64,000 bases of DNA from Kofleriaceae bacterium (GTDB taxonomy: Bacteria; Myxococcota_A; Polyangia; Haliangiales; Haliangiaceae). Where the stretch lies: assembly GCA_041389925.1 (NCBI GenBank), contig JAWKQX010000006.1:343837-407836 (forward strand). The letters are read 5' to 3'. Positions within the stretch are counted from its first letter, which is position 1; each line of letters begins with the position of its first letter. The notes below the pieces were generated by a model. It was not told the DNA's origin. It was given only the letters and a program-made list of their open reading frames with translations, and did not search any database. Position numbers and translations under genes: made by a program. Shown here in pieces: positions 47,696 to 57,258 of this stretch.

Positions 47696-49452
47696 CCCCG
47701 CGCGAGGCGCCCGTCGAGGACGGATGGGCCGCGCGCGGCGCGGTTGCGCTGCTCGGCGCCGGCGTGCTCGCGTGTGTCCTGCTCGTCTGGCCGCTGCCGC
47801 CGCTCGAGCCGCTGGACTTCCTGCAAGCGAAGTCCGCGGTGTGGCTGGCCGCGGCGTCGCTGGCGTCGGCGTGCTGGCTGGTCGGCCGGCGCGCGTGCGC
47901 GCTCGACGGAGCAGCCGCGGCGCTGGCGCTCGCCGTGGTGCTGGGCCTGGTCGCGACGCTGACCGTCGCAGAGAACCGCTCGCTGGCGTGGTCCTCCTGG
48001 GGACTCTCGACCGGCGCCGCGCTTGGCTTCGGGGTCACGCGCGCGCTGCCCGAGCGGGCACGCGGCCGCCTGCTCCTCGTCGTCCTCGCCGCGGTCCTCG
48101 TCGCTGCCGGCGTCGCCATCCTCGAGGCGTTTCGGCTGACGCCGCACCTGTCCACGGCCCATCGCGTCCCCGGTGGCACGCTCGGCAACCGGAACCACCT
48201 CTCGCACCTGCTGGTGCTGACGCTGCCGTCGATCGCGCTGCTCGGCGTGACCGGGCGCCGCTGGGTGCGCGCGCTCGCGCTCCTCGGCGCGCTGAGCGCG
48301 GGCTACTTGATCGTGCTCGCGCGCTCGCGCGGGGCGTGGCTCGGCGCCGCGCTGGTGATCGCGCTCTGGACCGCGCTGGTCGCGTCGCGACTGCGCCATG
48401 GCGCGCCGCGCTCGACGGGGCGCCGCGCGACGGCGCTCGTGCTCGCGCTGCTGCTCGGCGCGGCCGCCGCGGTGGCGTTGCCCAACCGGCTACGCTGGCG
48501 CTCGGCGCACCCGTACCGGGAGACGCTCTCCTCGCTGGTGGACTCCAGGAGCGGCAGCGGGCGCGGCCGGATGATCCAGTACCGGACGTCGCTCGCGCTG
48601 GCCTCGGAGTCGCTGCTCCTCGGGGTGGGGCCGGGCAACTGGTCGGTGCAGTACCCGCGGGTCGCCGCGCCAGGGGACCCGTCGGTGAACGCGAGCGGCC
48701 TCGAGCCGGTCAACCGGGTGCCGAGCAGCGATGCGCTCGCGATCCTGTGCGAGCGCGGCGTGATCGTCCTGGTGCTCTTGCTCGCGGTGGCGGTGCAGCT
48801 CCTTGCGCGCGCGCGGCGGGCGCTGTGGCGCCGCACGTCGCTCGACGAGGCGCTGGCGCTGGGCGCCGGCGGCGTCACGCTGCTGGCGCTGGGCTGGCTC
48901 GGCGTCATCGACGCGGTGCTGGTCACCCCTGCGGCGGCGTGCGTGGCCTCGGTGGTGCTGGGCGCGCTGGTGCCAAGGCCGACGGCGCCGCCACACCCCA
49001 TCGCTGCGCAGGCTGGCGACGCGGCGAGCGCGGTCGCGAGCGCGCCGTGTCGCGCGGCGTGCGTGGCTCGCACGTGCGCCGCGGTGGCGCTCGCCGTGCT
49101 GGGGCTCTTGGGGGCCTCGCGCGAGGCCGCGCTTCTGGTGGTGCGTCACCAGGCGCGGACCGCGGCGCGCCCCGAGGACGTCGAGGCGCGCGTCGTGCGC
49201 TACGCGGGCGCCGACTACCCGGCACGGATGACCCTGGCGATGCGCTGGGCATTCGCTGGGGAGTGCGACAAGGCCGCGACGCATCTGGACGCCGCGGCGC
49301 GGCTCCTACCGGCCGCGACGGCGCCGGCGCGCCTCGCGGCGTCCTGCGCGGCCCGGCGCCCGCGCGCGGCGACCGGCTCCCGACAAGCGGAGCCTTCGCG
49401 ATCGCCGCGCTCGGCGGATCGTCGGGGCGAGCCTCCGCGAGCGCCGCGCTAG
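47692..49452 (+). CDS. O-antigen ligase-like (Wzy_C/RfaL family) polytopic membrane protein
   Basis: GTG start overlaps the HTTM gene's stop (GTGA). The Wzy_C-type core GTLGNRNHLSHLLVLTLP is followed by further TM helices and a long Ala-rich C-terminal region. Confidence 0.5.
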   Translation: MTPREAPVEDGWAARGAVALLGAGVLACVLLVWPLPPLEPLDFLQAKSAVWLAAASLASACWLVGRRACALDGAAAALALAVVLGLVATLTVAENRSLAWSSWGLSTGAALGFGVTRALPERARGRLLLVVLAAVLVAAGVAILEAFRLTPHLSTAHRVPGGTLGNRNHLSHLLVLTLPSIALLGVTGRRWVRALALLGALSAGYLIVLARSRGAWLGAALVIALWTALVASRLRHGAPRSTGRRATALVLALLLGAAAAVALPNRLRWRSAHPYRETLSSLVDSRSGSGRGRMIQYRTSLALASESLLLGVGPGNWSVQYPRVAAPGDPSVNASGLEPVNRVPSSDALAILCERGVIVLVLLLAVAVQLLARARRALWRRTSLDEALALGAGGVTLLALGWLGVIDAVLVTPAAACVASVVLGALVPRPTAPPHPIAAQAGDAASAVASAPCRAACVARTCAAVALAVLGLLGASREAALLVVRHQARTAARPEDVEARVVRYAGADYPARMTLAMRWAFAGECDKAATHLDAAARLLPAATAPARLAASCAARRPRAATGSRQAEPSRSPRSADRRGEPPRAPR

Positions 49453-50696
49453 TCGCACGCCAGCGCGGAGAAGACGTGCTCCTCGAGCAGGCGCGCGGTC
49501 TGGTCGTGCATCCCGCGGGTGTTGAAGTTGGTGGTCGTGACGACGGCGACGGCGTCGCGCGCCGGCAGCACGACGGCGTGGATGCCGCCGTTGCCGGACA
49601 TGTACCAGCCGGTGGTCTCGCCGCAGGAGGTGGCATAGGGCCGCTGCCACATCAAGTAGCCGTAGCCGTGGATCCCGCGCGGGTCCGTGGAGGGAGAGGG
49701 CTTGACGTAGGACGTGAGCATGCGGTCGATCCAGGTCTCGGGCACGAGCTGCGCGCCTCCAGAGTGGCCGCGGTCGAGCACGAGCTGCGCGACCTTGAGG
49801 AGATCGCCCGCGCGGATCCGGAGCTGCCCGCTGCCGGCGACCTCACCCGTCGGCGAGCGGTTCCAGCGCACCGGAGCGACGCCGAGCGGCGCGAACAGCT
49901 CCGCTTCCACAAAGCGGTCGAGCGGCTGTCCGACCGCGCGCTCCAGGATCTGCCCGAGGAGAAACGCCCCGGCGGTGCAGTACGCGAACGAGCCGCGGCC
50001 ATGCGCGTCGCGGGAATAGGACGCGCGCAGCGGCAACGCGACCGCCCAGCGCGCCCACACCTGCTGGGGGTACATGTTCTCTTCGTTGCCGGGGCTCTGC
50101 TCCTCGTCGTCATCGCAGTCGAGCGCCGACGACATGGTGAGCAGATCTGCCAGCGTGATCTGCGCCTTGGCCGGCTCATCGTGGGCGTACGGCCGCAGAT
50201 CGGCGAGGTACGCGAACGCCGGGTCGTCCACCGAGCGGAGCTGGCCGCGCGAGAGCGCGAGGCCCACGGCCAGCGCGGTGAAGGACTTGGTCACGGAGCG
50301 GACGTCGTGCAGCGTGTCCGCATCGGTGCCGCCGAAGTGGCCTTCGTAGAGGAGCACGCCGTGCTGGCTCGCCATGACGCTGGTGGTGCGCGGAAAGTCG
50401 CCGGCCTCGATGGCGGCGGTGAGGCGCGCGGCGAGCGCGGGAGCCGGTGGCGCAGCGGCGCGCTCGGCGGCGGGGCGGTCCGCGCGCGGGCGCGCCCGGC
50501 AGCCGAGCGCAAGCGACGAGACCAGCGCGAGCAGCGCGAGCAGCGCGATCTGTGTGAGCGACCCGCGCGACCCGACCTGCGCGGCGTCATGCCCGCGGCG
50601 CGGCGCGGCGCGCGTGGACGCGGACGTGGATGCGGACGCGGACGCGGACGCGGGGCAATCGGTGAGGCACGACATCGAGCGACTCGCTTTCTCCAT
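49449..50696 (-). CDS. Serine hydrolase / beta-lactamase-family lipoprotein (class C/PBP4-like)
   Basis: The SxxK motif is SVTKSF. Lipobox-like SLALGC. Start taken at MEKASRS; an earlier start is possible. The (gcggac)n repeat encodes SASASASTSAS near the N-terminus. Confidence 0.6.
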   Translation of the reverse strand: MEKASRSMSCLTDCPASASASASTSASTRAAPRRGHDAAQVGSRGSLTQIALLALLALVSSLALGCRARPRADRPAAERAAAPPAPALAARLTAAIEAGDFPRTTSVMASQHGVLLYEGHFGGTDADTLHDVRSVTKSFTALAVGLALSRGQLRSVDDPAFAYLADLRPYAHDEPAKAQITLADLLTMSSALDCDDDEEQSPGNEENMYPQQVWARWAVALPLRASYSRDAHGRGSFAYCTAGAFLLGQILERAVGQPLDRFVEAELFAPLGVAPVRWNRSPTGEVAGSGQLRIRAGDLLKVAQLVLDRGHSGGAQLVPETWIDRMLTSYVKPSPSTDPRGIHGYGYLMWQRPYATSCGETTGWYMSGNGGIHAVVLPARDAVAVVTTTNFNTRGMHDQTARLLEEHVFSALACD

Positions 50697-50774
50697 GAGA
50701 CCAGCGCGCGAGAGGACGCTCGCGGCCCGCGAAGCTGAGCAGGCGCGCGCGCACACCGCAAGCGCGCGCGTGCG

Positions 50775-51509
50775 CTATCCCAGCGGCGAGACGCGGACGG
50801 CCGAGCCCCGGGCGAGCACGACCGAGCTCGGACGCGCCGAGGTCAGCTCGCCCCACGGTGCGCCGTAGGTGGCGCCGAAGTCCCAGTCCAGCTCGTAGCG
50901 CTCGACGGGGAAGATCTCCCACACGGGGTGGCGCACTTCGTAACGGTTCAGCTCGCCGCGCCGCGAGCGGCCGTAGCCCCAGCTGTGCTCCTTGAAGAAG
51001 TGCTCGCGGCTGTCCTCGGCGGGGAGCTGCGCCTGCGCGCGCGCACGCACCCAGAGGCGCTGCGTCCGGCCGCCCGCGCGCAGCGTGTGCTCGACCTCCA
51101 GCGAGCCGCCGAGCTCGCGGACCTCGCTGCGCATCGGCGCGTAGGCGTAGGGCTCGTTGTAGAGCAGGCGCGCGAGCCACGCCACGAGCCGCTTGGGCAC
51201 CAGCTCGCGCACGAAGGCCACGCCTCGGCGCTCACCCTCGCGGACGTAGAAGCGCAGGTTGATCTCGGGGAAGTCGCGGTAGCCAGGCCACGGGACGCCG
51301 AGCACGCGTGTGCGCAGGAAGTCGAACGCGACGAGGCTGACGAACGCCTCGCCATCCACGGTGTCCAGCGCGAGCCCCGGCGGCAGAAGCCGCGCGAGCC
51401 GCTCCGGCGCAACGGCGTACGTGAACAGGCACAGATGTCGCCACTCCGCGGTCAGGAACGACCGCGTCGACATCGTGAGCGGCGGCGCGGGAACGAGGGC
51501 GTCGGACAT
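50775..51509 (-). CDS. DUF2071 (YqjF-like) family protein
   Basis: Trimmed to MSDALVPAPP. The segment FLTAEWRHLCLFTYAV...DFPEINLRFYV matches DUF2071 as I recall it. Confidence 0.45.
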   Translation of the reverse strand: MSDALVPAPPLTMSTRSFLTAEWRHLCLFTYAVAPERLARLLPPGLALDTVDGEAFVSLVAFDFLRTRVLGVPWPGYRDFPEINLRFYVREGERRGVAFVRELVPKRLVAWLARLLYNEPYAYAPMRSEVRELGGSLEVEHTLRAGGRTQRLWVRARAQAQLPAEDSREHFFKEHSWGYGRSRRGELNRYEVRHPVWEIFPVERYELDWDFGATYGAPWGELTSARPSSVVLARGSAVRVSPLG

Positions 51510-51637
51510 GGCGTGCCCAGCGTAGATGCGCGCCGCGGGCGATACGGCGAGCGGTGGGACGGCGTTCGCGTGCGGCGAGTTGCCGCAGGTCCATCGCGTA
51601 CGCAGGTGCCCCGCCCGCGTGACATTCAATGCAGGAA

Positions 51638-54322
51638 CTACGGCAAGTTGTACTTCGTGCGGAGGTAGTTGTTCACCGTGTTGCGTTCGGTGTCCGAAAG
51701 CGCGCGGTCGTAGATCATCACCTCGGCCACCTCGCCCTGCATGAACTCACTCCCGTAGTACGCCCCTACTTGCGCCAGGATCCACGGTCCGCTCGTGGTG
51801 AAGGAGTGCGTCGAAGTCGGCGAGCCGTCGCGATACACGATCATGGAGGAGCCGTCGTAGCGCGCGGAGAGCGAGTGGAAGACCATCGTGTTCCCGATGG
51901 TGGAGGTGGACACGGGCATGCCGTTGCCGGTGCCAACAAATAGTGCCTGTGTGGAGCTCTCCCAGCGCATCTGGTTGTTGGGAGAAGAGCCGCCTGGGCC
52001 CAGGATCATGCTGACGCCGCCGACGCGCGTGTTCCGACCAACCACGAAGACCGTGAACGTCGTTGTTTGCGTGAAAGAGGTCAACGCCAGCGACTGCGCC
52101 CCGCTGAACCGCAGTACAGGGTGGCCGTTGAGCGCAGCGGTCACAAGGGTGGGCTGCCGTGCAACCGTTGCCATGGTAGCGTCTCGCCCGTTGCCGCTCT
52201 GATCTAACCAGCCCGCCACGAGCGCCCCGGTGCCGAGCTGAATTCCTACGTCCGAGTTGAGCCACAGGTGGAGCCCCGTGGTCGGTGGCCGGTCATCATC
52301 GATGACGGTGACGTTCACGGTGCGCGACGCGAGGCCGCCCGAGGCGACCGTGATGACGGACGTGTCGTCGTTCGAGTCGGCATCTTGGGTGCCGGCGACT
52401 CCAAGGAGTTGGGGCACGCTGTAGTTTGCCGGGGTGAACGCGAGCGACGTCTGCGACAGGCCGATCTTGCCGTTGGAGGCTGAGAGGGTCACGATCGTCG
52501 TCCCCGCGGGCATGTACTGCAGCGCGATCTGCACGTCACCGCCGTCGCCCTCGTCGATGGTGAGCGACGTGGGAGAAACGAGGATTGCCTGGGTGTCGTT
52601 GTCGCTGACGAACGCGGAGACGCTGACGCTGGAGAAGCCGGGCGCGCTCAGCGTGATGGTCACGGTCTCGGCCGCGAGATCGATGTCCTCGATGCCGGTG
52701 ACGGTGACTGTCTGGAGCGTGGGCCAGTTCGTGCTGTTGAACGTCAGTGTGGTCGGCGAAGCCGCCGCGGCGCCGGTGTCACTGCTGGCGATCGAGACGG
52801 TGACCGAGCTGATCGGGTTGGCGGTGAGGCGGACGCCGAACGTAGCAGTGCCGCCCTCCGAGAGGCTCACGGACGTGGTGGACGCCGAGATCGCCAGCAC
52901 GTCGTCGTCGTCGATGTCCAGGCTGACGTCGGTGCTGAGGCCGGGGGCGTTGAGGCGAACCTGGCCGGCCCCGTCGGCGGCGTCGTCGTCCTGGGCCGCC
53001 GTCACGGTGACGGTTTTCGGCGTGGCGTAGTCGGTCGTCGTGAAGGTCAGCGTCGCGGGCGACACTGAGAGGGCCGCGGGCGCGAGGCTGGCGGCGTTGA
53101 CCGTCACCGTGCTCGCCGGCTGGAACGCCAGGCGGACCGAGAGCGAGACCGTGCTGCCCTCCACGATCGTGGTGGAGAGCGGCGAGACGACGATGGCCTG
53201 GACGTCGTCGTCGATGACGTTCGCCGAGACGGTGCGCGTCGACAGGCCTGCCGCGCTCAGCGAGATCGTCACCGCGGCGCCCGCGGTGTCGGCGTCCTGC
53301 GGGGCGCTTGCCGTGATGGTCTGGGGAGAGGCCCAGTTGATCGGAGTGAAGGTCAACGAGGTCGGCCCGACCGCAAGCGCGGACGAGCTGGAGCTGACGG
53401 TCACCGTGACGTTGGCAGGCGGCTGGTGGGACAGGGCCACGGAGAAGGTGGACGCGTTTCCCTCGGTGATGTTGCCGAGGCTGCTGGTGCTCGGCTGCAC
53501 CATGAGCACGTCGTCATCGACGACTTGAAGCGGGACGCTCAAGGTCGGGAGGTCGCTCGAGCTCAACACAATCTGGGTCATCTCGTCGACGGTGTTGGCG
53601 TCTTGCACGCCGGCGACCGTGATGATCTGCTCTTCGTTCCAGCTATCGGCATCGAAGGACAGCTCCGCCGGAGACACCGTCGCGAACGCGGGGTTCATGG
53701 AGCTGATCGCGACCGTGAGCGGCGCCTGGGGTTGTGCGCCGAGGCGCACCGTGAAAGTACGCGACGAACCCTCGGTCACGTCCATGCCCGAAGCCGGCGT
53801 GGCGAGGAGCTCCAGCGTGTCGTCGTCGGCGATGGCCACCGCGAGCGTCTGCTCGCCGATCCCGGCGGCGGCGACCAGGACGCTCGCCGCCTCGTCGACC
53901 GCGTCGTCATCGGCGCGACCGGAGACGGTCACCGTGAGCGGCGTAGGATCGACGCCCGGAGCGAACGTGAGCTCCGCGGGGGTAACGGCGAGCTTGGCCG
54001 GCGAGCTGGAGGTCAGCGTCACGGCGACCGACTCGGTGACCCGGCCGCGGAGCGCGACGGTGAAGGTGCGATCGGCGGCCTCGGGGACGTCGAGCGACGG
54101 CTGCGAGAGCGCGAGGACGACCACGCCAGGCGGGGTATCCGGCAGCGGCCCGCCGTCGCCGCGCGAAGCTCCCGATGAGAAGACGACGTCGTCGACGGAG
54201 CACGCCGCGCAGCTCAGGGCGCAGAGCGCGCCGGCCAGGGTCAGGGCGCCGCGGCGCCGGGCGCGCACGGTGGGCTGGCTGGCAAGGAGATCTCGTGGGT
54301 GAAGGGTCGCTGCGTGGTTCAT
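51638..54322 (-). CDS. Large secreted lipoprotein with ~7 tandem ~90-aa Calx-beta-like beta-sandwich repeats and a C-terminal LamG/ConA-like lectin domain
   Basis: Lipobox LSCAACS. Each repeat ends in a V/I-DDD motif (VVDDDV, IADDDT, VIDDDV, IDDDDV, VIDDDR). The C-terminal ~200 aa has the jelly-roll pattern (LDQSGNGRDA...MIYDRALS). Confidence 0.6.
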   Translation of the reverse strand: MNHAATLHPRDLLASQPTVRARRRGALTLAGALCALSCAACSVDDVVFSSGASRGDGGPLPDTPPGVVVLALSQPSLDVPEAADRTFTVALRGRVTESVAVTLTSSSPAKLAVTPAELTFAPGVDPTPLTVTVSGRADDDAVDEAASVLVAAAGIGEQTLAVAIADDDTLELLATPASGMDVTEGSSRTFTVRLGAQPQAPLTVAISSMNPAFATVSPAELSFDADSWNEEQIITVAGVQDANTVDEMTQIVLSSSDLPTLSVPLQVVDDDVLMVQPSTSSLGNITEGNASTFSVALSHQPPANVTVTVSSSSSALAVGPTSLTFTPINWASPQTITASAPQDADTAGAAVTISLSAAGLSTRTVSANVIDDDVQAIVVSPLSTTIVEGSTVSLSVRLAFQPASTVTVNAASLAPAALSVSPATLTFTTTDYATPKTVTVTAAQDDDAADGAGQVRLNAPGLSTDVSLDIDDDDVLAISASTTSVSLSEGGTATFGVRLTANPISSVTVSIASSDTGAAAASPTTLTFNSTNWPTLQTVTVTGIEDIDLAAETVTITLSAPGFSSVSVSAFVSDNDTQAILVSPTSLTIDEGDGGDVQIALQYMPAGTTIVTLSASNGKIGLSQTSLAFTPANYSVPQLLGVAGTQDADSNDDTSVITVASGGLASRTVNVTVIDDDRPPTTGLHLWLNSDVGIQLGTGALVAGWLDQSGNGRDATMATVARQPTLVTAALNGHPVLRFSGAQSLALTSFTQTTTFTVFVVGRNTRVGGVSMILGPGGSSPNNQMRWESSTQALFVGTGNGMPVSTSTIGNTMVFHSLSARYDGSSMIVYRDGSPTSTHSFTTSGPWILAQVGAYYGSEFMQGEVAEVMIYDRALSDTERNTVNNYLRTKYNLP

Positions 54323-54747
54323 GGAGATCCTCTGGGTCGCACCGGGGCGAGCCACGGCCGGTCCGCGCGGCGCGGTCAGGCGCGTGAAGCGCGGGGCGTC
54401 GAGGCGGTGCGAACCTCGAGCGAAGCCGCGAACGGCGAGGGCCATCGGGGCCTCTGCGGTCGCCGCGCCGCGCGCGTGCCGGCTCCTGCTCTCCGCCAAC
54501 GCCCCTCATCGACCAACGCAATATCACAGCTTGAGCGTCAGACTCCGCATTATTGTGACCGGCAACTTCGCAACAGACTGTAGAGTCGTGCGTCCGCAGC
54601 CTACATTTCCCTCGAGGATGCGCAGCCACAGCGCGTCTGTGCACGCTGAGAGTGTGGCTCTTTCGCTATCGACAGATCGACTGTGCAGTGCGACCTGCAC
54701 GGACACGAGCGCGGGGCGGGGACCGCCAGCTGGCGCCGGTGCGCCGC

Positions 54748-56100
54748 CTACGCGCGGGCCCGTCGCGACGCCCGCGCCGGCTTGAGCGGCTGCCACGAGG
54801 TCACTACCTCGCGCAGCTCGGCCGCCTTGGCGCGCGACAGCGCGCCGACCGCGGTGACCACCAGGTTCTCCGGCCGGAACACGCGACGCGCCGCAGCGAC
54901 GACGTCCTCCACGGTGATCTGGCTGATCGCGGCGAGCCGCCTGGAGAGCTGCTGCGGCGGATAGTACAGCGCGACGCCGCCGAACCACGCCGCCATCGCG
55001 CTGGCGTCGTCGATCGAGGCGAGCGTCTCGTAGCGGTAGCGCGCCCGCGCCTTGGCGAGCTCCGCCGGATCGATCTGCCCCTGGCAGAGCCCGGCGAGCA
55101 GGCCGAGGATCTCGCGCAAGAGCTCGGGGACCTTGGTGTTGGCGGTGGCCCCGGCGATCTCGAAGAGGGAGACGTCCGCCAGCGGCTCGATGCCGGCGTG
55201 GATGGAGTAGGCCAGGCCCTTCTGATCGGCGAGCTGGTAGTGCAGCCGCGTCGACATGCCGTCGTCGAGGACGCGCAGGAGCGCGACGAACGCCAGGTAC
55301 GCCGGGTCGAGCTCCGGCACGCCGTGGAAGAGCACCGCCAGGTTGGTCTGCGAGCCGGCGTCGCGGATGTGGCGCACCAGCGGGCCCTGCGGCGCGGCCG
55401 GGGCGGGGGCGCCGATGGCGGGCTGTCCGGCGGGCAGGCGCGTCAGGCCGCGCGTGGCCGCGGCGACGACGCGCTTGTGCTCCACCGCGCCCGAGACGCA
55501 GAGCAGGGCGTTGGTGGCGCCGTAGAACGAGGCGAAGTGGCGGCGGACATCCGCGGACGAGAAGCGCTGGATGTTGCCGCGCGGGCCCATCACGCGCTGC
55601 CCCAGCGGGTGCTTGCCGAACATCAGGCCGCGCGCGATGTCGTCGACGTTGGTCTCCACGCCGTCCTCGTCGTAGTCCTCGTTGAGCTCCTCGAGGATCA
55701 GCGCGCGCTCGAGCTCGATGTCCGCGAAGCGCGGGCCACCGAGCAGCTCGCCGAGCAGCTCGATCGCGGCGGGGACCCGCGAGGGCTCCAGGGCCATCTG
55801 GAACAGCGTGTAGTCGCGGCCGGTCTCCGCGTGCAGGGTGGAGCCGAGCTCCTCCACGGCGGTGTTGAGCGCGAGCGAGGTGGGGTGGCGCTCGGTGCCG
55901 CGGAAGAGCATGTGCTCCACGAAGTGCGACAGGCCGCTGTCCTCCGGGGTCTCGAAGCGAGAGCCGACCTTGATGAACATGGCGACCGTCGCGGTGTGCA
56001 GGTGCGGCAGCGGCACCGTGGTCACCCGTAGCCCGTTGGCGAGGGTGGAGGTGGAGACGGATGGGTCGAGGGAGCGGAGCGAGACGCGGGCGGTGGACAC
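54748..56100 (-). CDS. M16-family (pitrilysin/insulinase-like) zinc peptidase
   Basis: Inverted zincin motif HFVEHMLFRG (HxxEH) followed by E-x7-E (LNTAVEELGSTLHAETG). 450 aa. Confidence 0.75.
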   Translation of the reverse strand: MSTARVSLRSLDPSVSTSTLANGLRVTTVPLPHLHTATVAMFIKVGSRFETPEDSGLSHFVEHMLFRGTERHPTSLALNTAVEELGSTLHAETGRDYTLFQMALEPSRVPAAIELLGELLGGPRFADIELERALILEELNEDYDEDGVETNVDDIARGLMFGKHPLGQRVMGPRGNIQRFSSADVRRHFASFYGATNALLCVSGAVEHKRVVAAATRGLTRLPAGQPAIGAPAPAAPQGPLVRHIRDAGSQTNLAVLFHGVPELDPAYLAFVALLRVLDDGMSTRLHYQLADQKGLAYSIHAGIEPLADVSLFEIAGATANTKVPELLREILGLLAGLCQGQIDPAELAKARARYRYETLASIDDASAMAAWFGGVALYYPPQQLSRRLAAISQITVEDVVAAARRVFRPENLVVTAVGALSRAKAAELREVVTSWQPLKPARASRRARA

Positions 56101-56327
56101 GAACCGTCAACGTAGCACTCTGCGGGGGGCCGGGCGCGGCGCGCGGCGCACCGCGTGACGAATCGCGGCCGGCGGTCGCCCACGGGATCGCTTGAGCGCG
56201 CCGTGCTCCTCGGGCGCCCGCCGCTGGATCCTTCGGGATTGCGGGGGATTTCCCCGATTCTGCGGGCCGCGACCCCGCAGAAGGTTTGACGAAGGCCTGG
56301 CTTTCCGGGTATCACGGCCCAGGACCC

Positions 56328-57200
56328 ATGCTGCTCAAGAAGATCGTCGTGGCAGAGGATGACGATGCCATCGCTCACATGGTGAACATGGCGCTGGGCG
56401 ACGCGGGGTTCCTGTGTCTGCGCGCGCGCGACGGCGACGAGGCGCTGCGCCTCGTCAAGCACCATGATCCGGACCTGCTCGTCCTCGATGTCATGATGCC
56501 GCGCGTCGATGGCTTTGAGGTCGCGCGGCGGCTCAAGGGCGACGTGATGTGGTCGCGCACGCCCATCTTGATGCTCACCGCGCTCTCCGGCGTGGACAAC
56601 CAGGTCCAGGGCATCGACGCGGGCGCGGACAGCTACATGTCCAAGCCGTTCGACCTGCGCGAGTTCGGTGCCCGCGTCAAGGCGCTGGTCCGCGCGTCGC
56701 GCCGCGAGCGCGATCGCAACCCGACGACGAACCTGCCGGGCTCGCGCGCCATCGATGAAGAGATCGAGAGCGGGCTGCGCGCGGGCCGCGCGACCAGCGT
56801 GGTGCACGTGGACCTGCTCAACTTCGATGCCTACGCCGACGCCGTGGGCCTGCAGCGCTCCGAGGAGACGGTGCGCGGCCTGGGCCAGCTCCTGCTCGAG
56901 GCGGCGCGGCAGGCGAGCGGCGGCGGCGCGTTCGTCGGCCACGTCGGCGGCTCGGACTTCATCGCCATCCTCGCGCCCGATCAGGTGGAGGCGATGGTGG
57001 AGCGCGCGCTCTCCGCGTTCGACGCCCATCGCGCGGAGCTCGCGCTGGATGAGCAGCCGCACCTCGCGATCGTGATCGCCTCCTCCGGAACCGAGGGCCT
57101 CACCGCCACCGGCGCCGACGAGCTCGGCCGCAGGCTCGGCCGCGCGATGAAGCAGGCCAAGGCGGCGGGCAAGTCCACGCACGTCGCCTGGGCGCCCTGA
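56328..57200 (+). CDS. Response regulator receiver fused to a degenerate GGDEF domain (GGSDF)
   Basis: REC domain has KIVVAEDD, phospho-acceptor LDVMMP and the T/K pair. The GGDEF-fold C-terminus has HVGGSDFIAIL in place of GG(D/E)EF. Confidence 0.65.
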   Translation: MLLKKIVVAEDDDAIAHMVNMALGDAGFLCLRARDGDEALRLVKHHDPDLLVLDVMMPRVDGFEVARRLKGDVMWSRTPILMLTALSGVDNQVQGIDAGADSYMSKPFDLREFGARVKALVRASRRERDRNPTTNLPGSRAIDEEIESGLRAGRATSVVHVDLLNFDAYADAVGLQRSEETVRGLGQLLLEAARQASGGGAFVGHVGGSDFIAILAPDQVEAMVERALSAFDAHRAELALDEQPHLAIVIASSGTEGLTATGADELGRRLGRAMKQAKAAGKSTHVAWAP

Positions 57201-57258
57201 GGCGCGGTCGTGAGCGGGCTGGCGCCGGGCGTCGGGCCGGTGTCATACAATCGAGGCG

